From the NCBI GenBank assembly GCA_964526475.1, contig CAZGKF010000003.1:5997-69996 (forward strand): a stretch of 64,000 nt of DNA, in the 5' to 3' direction. The translations under genes and the position numbers were made by a program. Source of the stretch: an uncultured Bacteroidaceae bacterium. GTDB lineage: Bacteria > Bacteroidota > Bacteroidia > Bacteroidales > GCA-2748055. The notes beneath the pieces are model-generated. The model saw only the letters and a list, made by a program, of their open reading frames with translations. It had not been told where the DNA came from and made no database searches. Shown piece by piece: positions 60,023 to 64,000 of the stretch; the stretch's first letter is position 1; each line of letters starts with the position of its first letter.

Positions 60023-60952
60023 ATGAAAAAGTTAATAGTAATATGCTCATCAGCTATTCTGCTTATAATGAGTACCGGATTATCTGCCCAGGAAACCAAA
60101 GCAGGAATAGTTACGGTTATTGAAAAACCGGATAGCACAAGAGTTACAATTGGTAATGAAGAACTAATAATTATTGAAGAAGGGAAAGATACCACAAGAA
60201 TAAAAATCGGTAAAAGAGGTATCGAAATCATAGAAGACAAAGAGGGAAGGACCAGCATTGATATTAAAGAACTCAAGGAAGATGAATCAGGCAGGAAAAA
60301 AAAGACCAGCTTTAAAGGTAACTGGTCTGGTCTGGAATTAGGTCTTAACAACTTTGTAAACAGTGATTTTAGTTCAGGTCTTGATCCTTCTGCAGCATTC
60401 ATGGATATCAATACTAATCGTTCTTTAAACTTTAATATTAACTTCATGCAATATGATCTTGGATTTGGGAATAATAGAGCAGGAATTGTAACAGGTTTGG
60501 GATTCGAAATCAGCAACTATTTCTTCGACGGAGATAATAATATCCGTAAAAATACTGAAGGAGTAATTATTGAATATATCCCTTCATTTGTTACAGAACC
60601 AGGGTCCAGCATTATAAAATCAAAACTTACCACTAACTATCTGACTGTTCCTCTTTTGCTGGAATTCCATATCCCCGCGGGTAAGAAAAATATCCATCTC
60701 TCAGGCGGAATCATCGGGGGTGCTAAAATCGTCTCAAGCACAAAAATAGTTTATAAGGAACGAGGTGACAGACAGAAAGATAAGGTAAAAGACGATTTCA
60801 ATATCCATCCTCTGCGATATGGCTATACTGCAAGATTAGGTTACAGAAATCTAAATCTCTTTGCTAACTATTATCCTGTTCCAATATTTGAGAAAGGCAA
60901 AGGACCCGAGCTCTATCCTTATAGCGTTGGCTTAAGGCTACTGAAGTTTTAA
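60023..60952 (+). CDS. Outer-membrane beta-barrel (porin-family) protein
   Basis: Signal peptide SA|QE; repeated D(S/T)TR(V/I).IG N-terminus; FKGNWSG.ELG.NN, SKL.T.YL.VPLLLE, IFEKGKGP.LYP.SVGL; ends in F. Confidence 0.8.
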   Translation: MKKLIVICSSAILLIMSTGLSAQETKAGIVTVIEKPDSTRVTIGNEELIIIEEGKDTTRIKIGKRGIEIIEDKEGRTSIDIKELKEDESGRKKKTSFKGNWSGLELGLNNFVNSDFSSGLDPSAAFMDINTNRSLNFNINFMQYDLGFGNNRAGIVTGLGFEISNYFFDGDNNIRKNTEGVIIEYIPSFVTEPGSSIIKSKLTTNYLTVPLLLEFHIPAGKKNIHLSGGIIGGAKIVSSTKIVYKERGDRQKDKVKDDFNIHPLRYGYTARLGYRNLNLFANYYPVPIFEKGKGPELYPYSVGLRLLKF

Positions 60953-60974
60953 CAGTATTTACCAATATGTCTTC

Positions 60975-61005
60975 ACAAAGCTGTCCCGATATGGAACAGC
61001 TTTGT
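60975..61005 (+). terminator. Rho-independent terminator after the beta-barrel gene
   Basis: ACAAAGCTGT...ACAGCTTTGT, 10-bp perfect arms, followed by TTATTTT. Confidence 0.65.
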
Positions 61006-61168
61006 TTATTTTGCAAAATCTTCCTGTGATTGTAGCTCTTCATCTCTATTTTGCATTTTTTTAGGCTTCTCTAAGCTATCTGACGAAGTCAATGCGATCT
61101 CAGGATACAAGGTGCGTCAATGATTTATCATTTTTACTATATTTGTCTGTTTCATAATTCCTTCACAT

Positions 61169-61918
61169 ATGCTCACTGATGCTGAAAAAAGAAGATACAG
61201 ACGTCATATTATGCTACCTGAAGTCGGAGAGAAAGGACAGGAATTGTTTAAGAAATCTTCTGTCCTTGTTATCGGTGCAGGAGGACTTGGAGCTCCTGTG
61301 CTTCAATATTTAACTGCAGCCGGAATCGGAAAAATAGGGATTATTGATTATGATACTGTAAATGAAGATAACCTGCACCGGCAAGTCCTGTATGGAGGCC
61401 ATGATCTGGGGAAGCTGAAAACTATTATTGCAAGCCAGCGGCTTGCAGTACTTAATCCCCTTACGGAACATATTGTTATCAATTTAAAACTACACGCTGA
61501 AAATGCTTCTAAGATAATATCCGGATATGACATTATTGTAGATGCTACTGATAATTTCGAAACGAGATATCTTATTAATGATGTATGTAAACTTGCTAAG
61601 AAACCATGGGTTTATGGTTCTGTTTATAAATATGAAGGACAGGTAACAGTATTTAATTATAATGACGGCCCTACCCTTCGATGTCTTTATCCAAATGTAA
61701 AGGATGGTATGAATATTCCTGATCCTGATGAAACAGGTCTTATTGGTGTTCTTCCCGGAATAATAGGGTCTTTTCAAACAATTGAAGTTATAAAATTAAT
61801 TACAGGTCTGGGAGAAATTCTGTCAGGGAAACTGCTTATCTACAACATACTTGACCACACTATCGATTTCGTTAGTTTTAACAAAACCCCTGCAAATCCG
61901 GATAAAAAAAATAAATAA
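61169..61918 (+). CDS. HesA/MoeB/ThiF family adenylyltransferase
   Basis: RY.RHI.LPE.G..GQ, IGAGGLG, D.D.V...NLHRQ, DATDNF.TRY.IND, G.IGVLPGIIG..Q..E.IK. Confidence 0.92.
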   Translation: MLTDAEKRRYRRHIMLPEVGEKGQELFKKSSVLVIGAGGLGAPVLQYLTAAGIGKIGIIDYDTVNEDNLHRQVLYGGHDLGKLKTIIASQRLAVLNPLTEHIVINLKLHAENASKIISGYDIIVDATDNFETRYLINDVCKLAKKPWVYGSVYKYEGQVTVFNYNDGPTLRCLYPNVKDGMNIPDPDETGLIGVLPGIIGSFQTIEVIKLITGLGEILSGKLLIYNILDHTIDFVSFNKTPANPDKKNK

Positions 61919-62130
61919 ACTTTCAGATATGTTTTTATTAAACATGTTTTGTGGTTTTGTTTTTATGACTTAGATTAAAATTATGGTGATAAGTATTCGA
62001 TCTTCTTCATTTTTCATTCTGATATTTATAATTGAATGAAAATTATCCCGTTTAGAAAAAGGTTATTAACTTTTCTTTTTTACAGGAGAATCAAAAAGAG
62101 AACTTAATGCTTAAAAAGCTTTTTATCAAA

Positions 62131-64000
62131 ATGAGAATCCCGAAAGCATTCAGAAAAATATTGATCCGGGCAACTTTCTTTTTCCTTATACTGACATTGC
62201 TCATAGCATTAGCAGGAATTGTTGTTTCTGAATATTACAGTGAAAACATAAAAACCTACGTTATCAATAATCTGAATAAAGAGCTTGCAGTGAAAGTTGA
62301 GGTTGGGAAAGCACAGGTATCAGCAATAAAAAAATTTCCACATATCAATATGATTCTTGAAAATGTTGTTGCTTACTCATCAGTAGGTCTGGAAAAAAGC
62401 GATTTTGAGAATATTCAGACAGACACCTTATTCAAGGCCGCAAATATTTATCTGCGCTTTAACATTATAGATATTATCAGTGGAAATTACTACATTAAAA
62501 AGATAATAGCAGAAGATGGGGAATTAACAATGCTGGCAGACAGGCGCGGAAATGTTAATTATATGCTTCTGAGGAAAACAGGGAAAAAAGAAAAAAGGGA
62601 ACTTTCTGTTGAGCTGGAATTTTTTAAAATGAAACATTTTAAATTTTTCTTCCACAATATTCATAAAGACATTCAAACTTCAGGAATTGCAGAGGATATT
62701 AATTTAAAAGGGAAATTTGGCCGTAAAGATTTTATGCTATCACTGATTGGAAATATTTTTATAGAAAACCTGTCTCGTGAAGGCATCTGCTGGACAAATA
62801 ATAGCAGCCTGGTTACCCGTATTAGTATGAATGCTTCAGATACCCTTTTTACCATAAACAGAGGGGATATAAGCCTCAATGATCTTAAGCTTCGAGCAAA
62901 AGGGATGTTTACAACCGGAGAAAACTTTTTCACTGACCTAACTATCGAAGGCAACAATCTCGCTATTAAAGAAATATCAAGTTCCCTTCCATCTGAAATT
63001 AATAAATTTGCTGCCGAATATTCTCCGGATGGAAAGGCCGATATACTGATCCGTTTAAAAGGGAAAGTTTCAAGCCTTGATATGCCGGGCATTATTGCCG
63101 ATTATAAAGTTAAACAGGGAAGTATCAGAATACCTGATCTTAAAACAAATTTTACAAATATCAGCTTTAATGGTTTTTATTCCAACGGAAAACTTCAAAA
63201 TGCAAAAAGTAGTTCCTTCCGGTTTGAGAATATATCAGCGAGTATGGATAATTCTGAAATTACCGGAAGCTTATCTTTTGAAAATCTTATTTCCCCTCTC
63301 ATAAGTGCCAATCTTACAGGAAATATATATGCTACTGATATAAATCAATCCATTGCAACTCAAAAAATCCTTTTTACTAAAGGTGTGGTTAAACCTGATA
63401 TTCATATCTCTGCTAAACTTAATTCTTTCAGCGATTTTGACATCCGCAATATTCTTTCAACATCCCTTTCAGGGGAATTATTTCTTAAGGATATTGGTTT
63501 AAGGTTCGGGGAAAATTACCCCGAGATAACCAGTTTAGAAGGAAAAGCTGGTATCAGTGATGATATCTGGCTAACAGAAATAGGTGTTGAAACTTCTACC
63601 GGAGATATGTATTTTTCAGGTCGTATTGATCATCTTATTAAACGATTTGTCAAAAAAACCAGTTCATTATGGATTCAGGGTTCCGTATTTTCAAATAATT
63701 CAGATCTGTCATTCATTCTTTCCAATGAGGATAATAACGAATCATCACATACTCCATTTCTTTTGCCGGATAAATTATTTATGAAACTTGACCTTTCCCT
63801 GGATAAATTCGCCATGAGCAGGTTTAATGCCACGGAAGTCACAGCCCATCTCGTTTATAAATCCGGATTTTTAAATGTATCTTCATTTCAGCTTAATACC
63901 ATGAAGGGAGATATTAAGGGATACGGAGGGTTGATACAGGATGCATCAGGAAACCTTATCCTTAAATCCTCAACTCAGCTTAACAAATTAGATATTAAAG
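62131..64000 (+). CDS. AsmA-like (bridge lipid-transfer) protein, partial
   Basis: Not in the ORF track because it runs off the end. Hand translation MRIPKAFRKILIRATFFFLILTLLIALAGIVVSEYYSENIKTYVINNLNKEL...KKFPHINMILENV; single N-terminal TM followed by beta-rich sequence. Confidence 0.75.
   Translation, partial: MRIPKAFRKILIRATFFFLILTLLIALAGIVVSEYYSENIKTYVINNLNKELAVKVEVGKAQVSAIKKFPHINMILENVVAYSSVGLEKSDFENIQTDTLFKAANIYLRFNIIDIISGNYYIKKIIAEDGELTMLADRRGNVNYMLLRKTGKKEKRELSVELEFFKMKHFKFFFHNIHKDIQTSGIAEDINLKGKFGRKDFMLSLIGNIFIENLSREGICWTNNSSLVTRISMNASDTLFTINRGDISLNDLKLRAKGMFTTGENFFTDLTIEGNNLAIKEISSSLPSEINKFAAEYSPDGKADILIRLKGKVSSLDMPGIIADYKVKQGSIRIPDLKTNFTNISFNGFYSNGKLQNAKSSSFRFENISASMDNSEITGSLSFENLISPLISANLTGNIYATDINQSIATQKILFTKGVVKPDIHISAKLNSFSDFDIRNILSTSLSGELFLKDIGLRFGENYPEITSLEGKAGISDDIWLTEIGVETSTGDMYFSGRIDHLIKRFVKKTSSLWIQGSVFSNNSDLSFILSNEDNNESSHTPFLLPDKLFMKLDLSLDKFAMSRFNATEVTAHLVYKSGFLNVSSFQLNTMKGDIKGYGGLIQDASGNLILKSSTQLNKLDIK

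Overview
AT-rich chromosomal segment from a Bacteroidota genome, probably Bacteroidales/Marinilabiliales-like. The assignment rests on TAnnTTTG -7 promoter boxes, a T9SS cargo protein, the split atp operon and signal peptides cleaved before Gln. Housekeeping content: F0F1 ATP synthase (atpZ/I-B-E-F-H-A-G, with atpD-C separate), carB, carA, argR-proC-argH-proB-proA, tRNA-Gln, tRNA-Val, a polyprenyl synthase, a GT9 glycosyltransferase, an ECF sigma/anti-sigma pair and a MoeB/ThiF protein. The most unusual part is a tightly packed minus-strand cluster at 1-10337: CheR, an output-less HAMP-GAF-PAS-PAS membrane sensor, a degenerate second CheR, a stand-alone CheB, a TM-GAF protein, a GAF-PAS-PAS-PP2C phosphatase, a SiaB-type kinase, a SiaC-type phosphoprotein and an ABC ATPase with a TerB-like/FHA-like N-terminus. 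No MCP, CheA, CheW, CheY or diguanylate cyclase is visible in the window. This suggests chemotaxis-style methylation grafted onto a Sia-type Thr-phosphorylation partner switch, possibly controlling a transporter (inference). A YfiR-PP2C fusion lies at 50.8 kb. Several gene remnants are present: internally collapsed DUF5916 and LTA-synthase-family genes, a four-helix-bundle pseudogene, and fragments next to the 3' ends of both tRNAs. No CRISPR array, IS or integrase was seen. All family assignments come from reading motifs by eye; no database searches were run.
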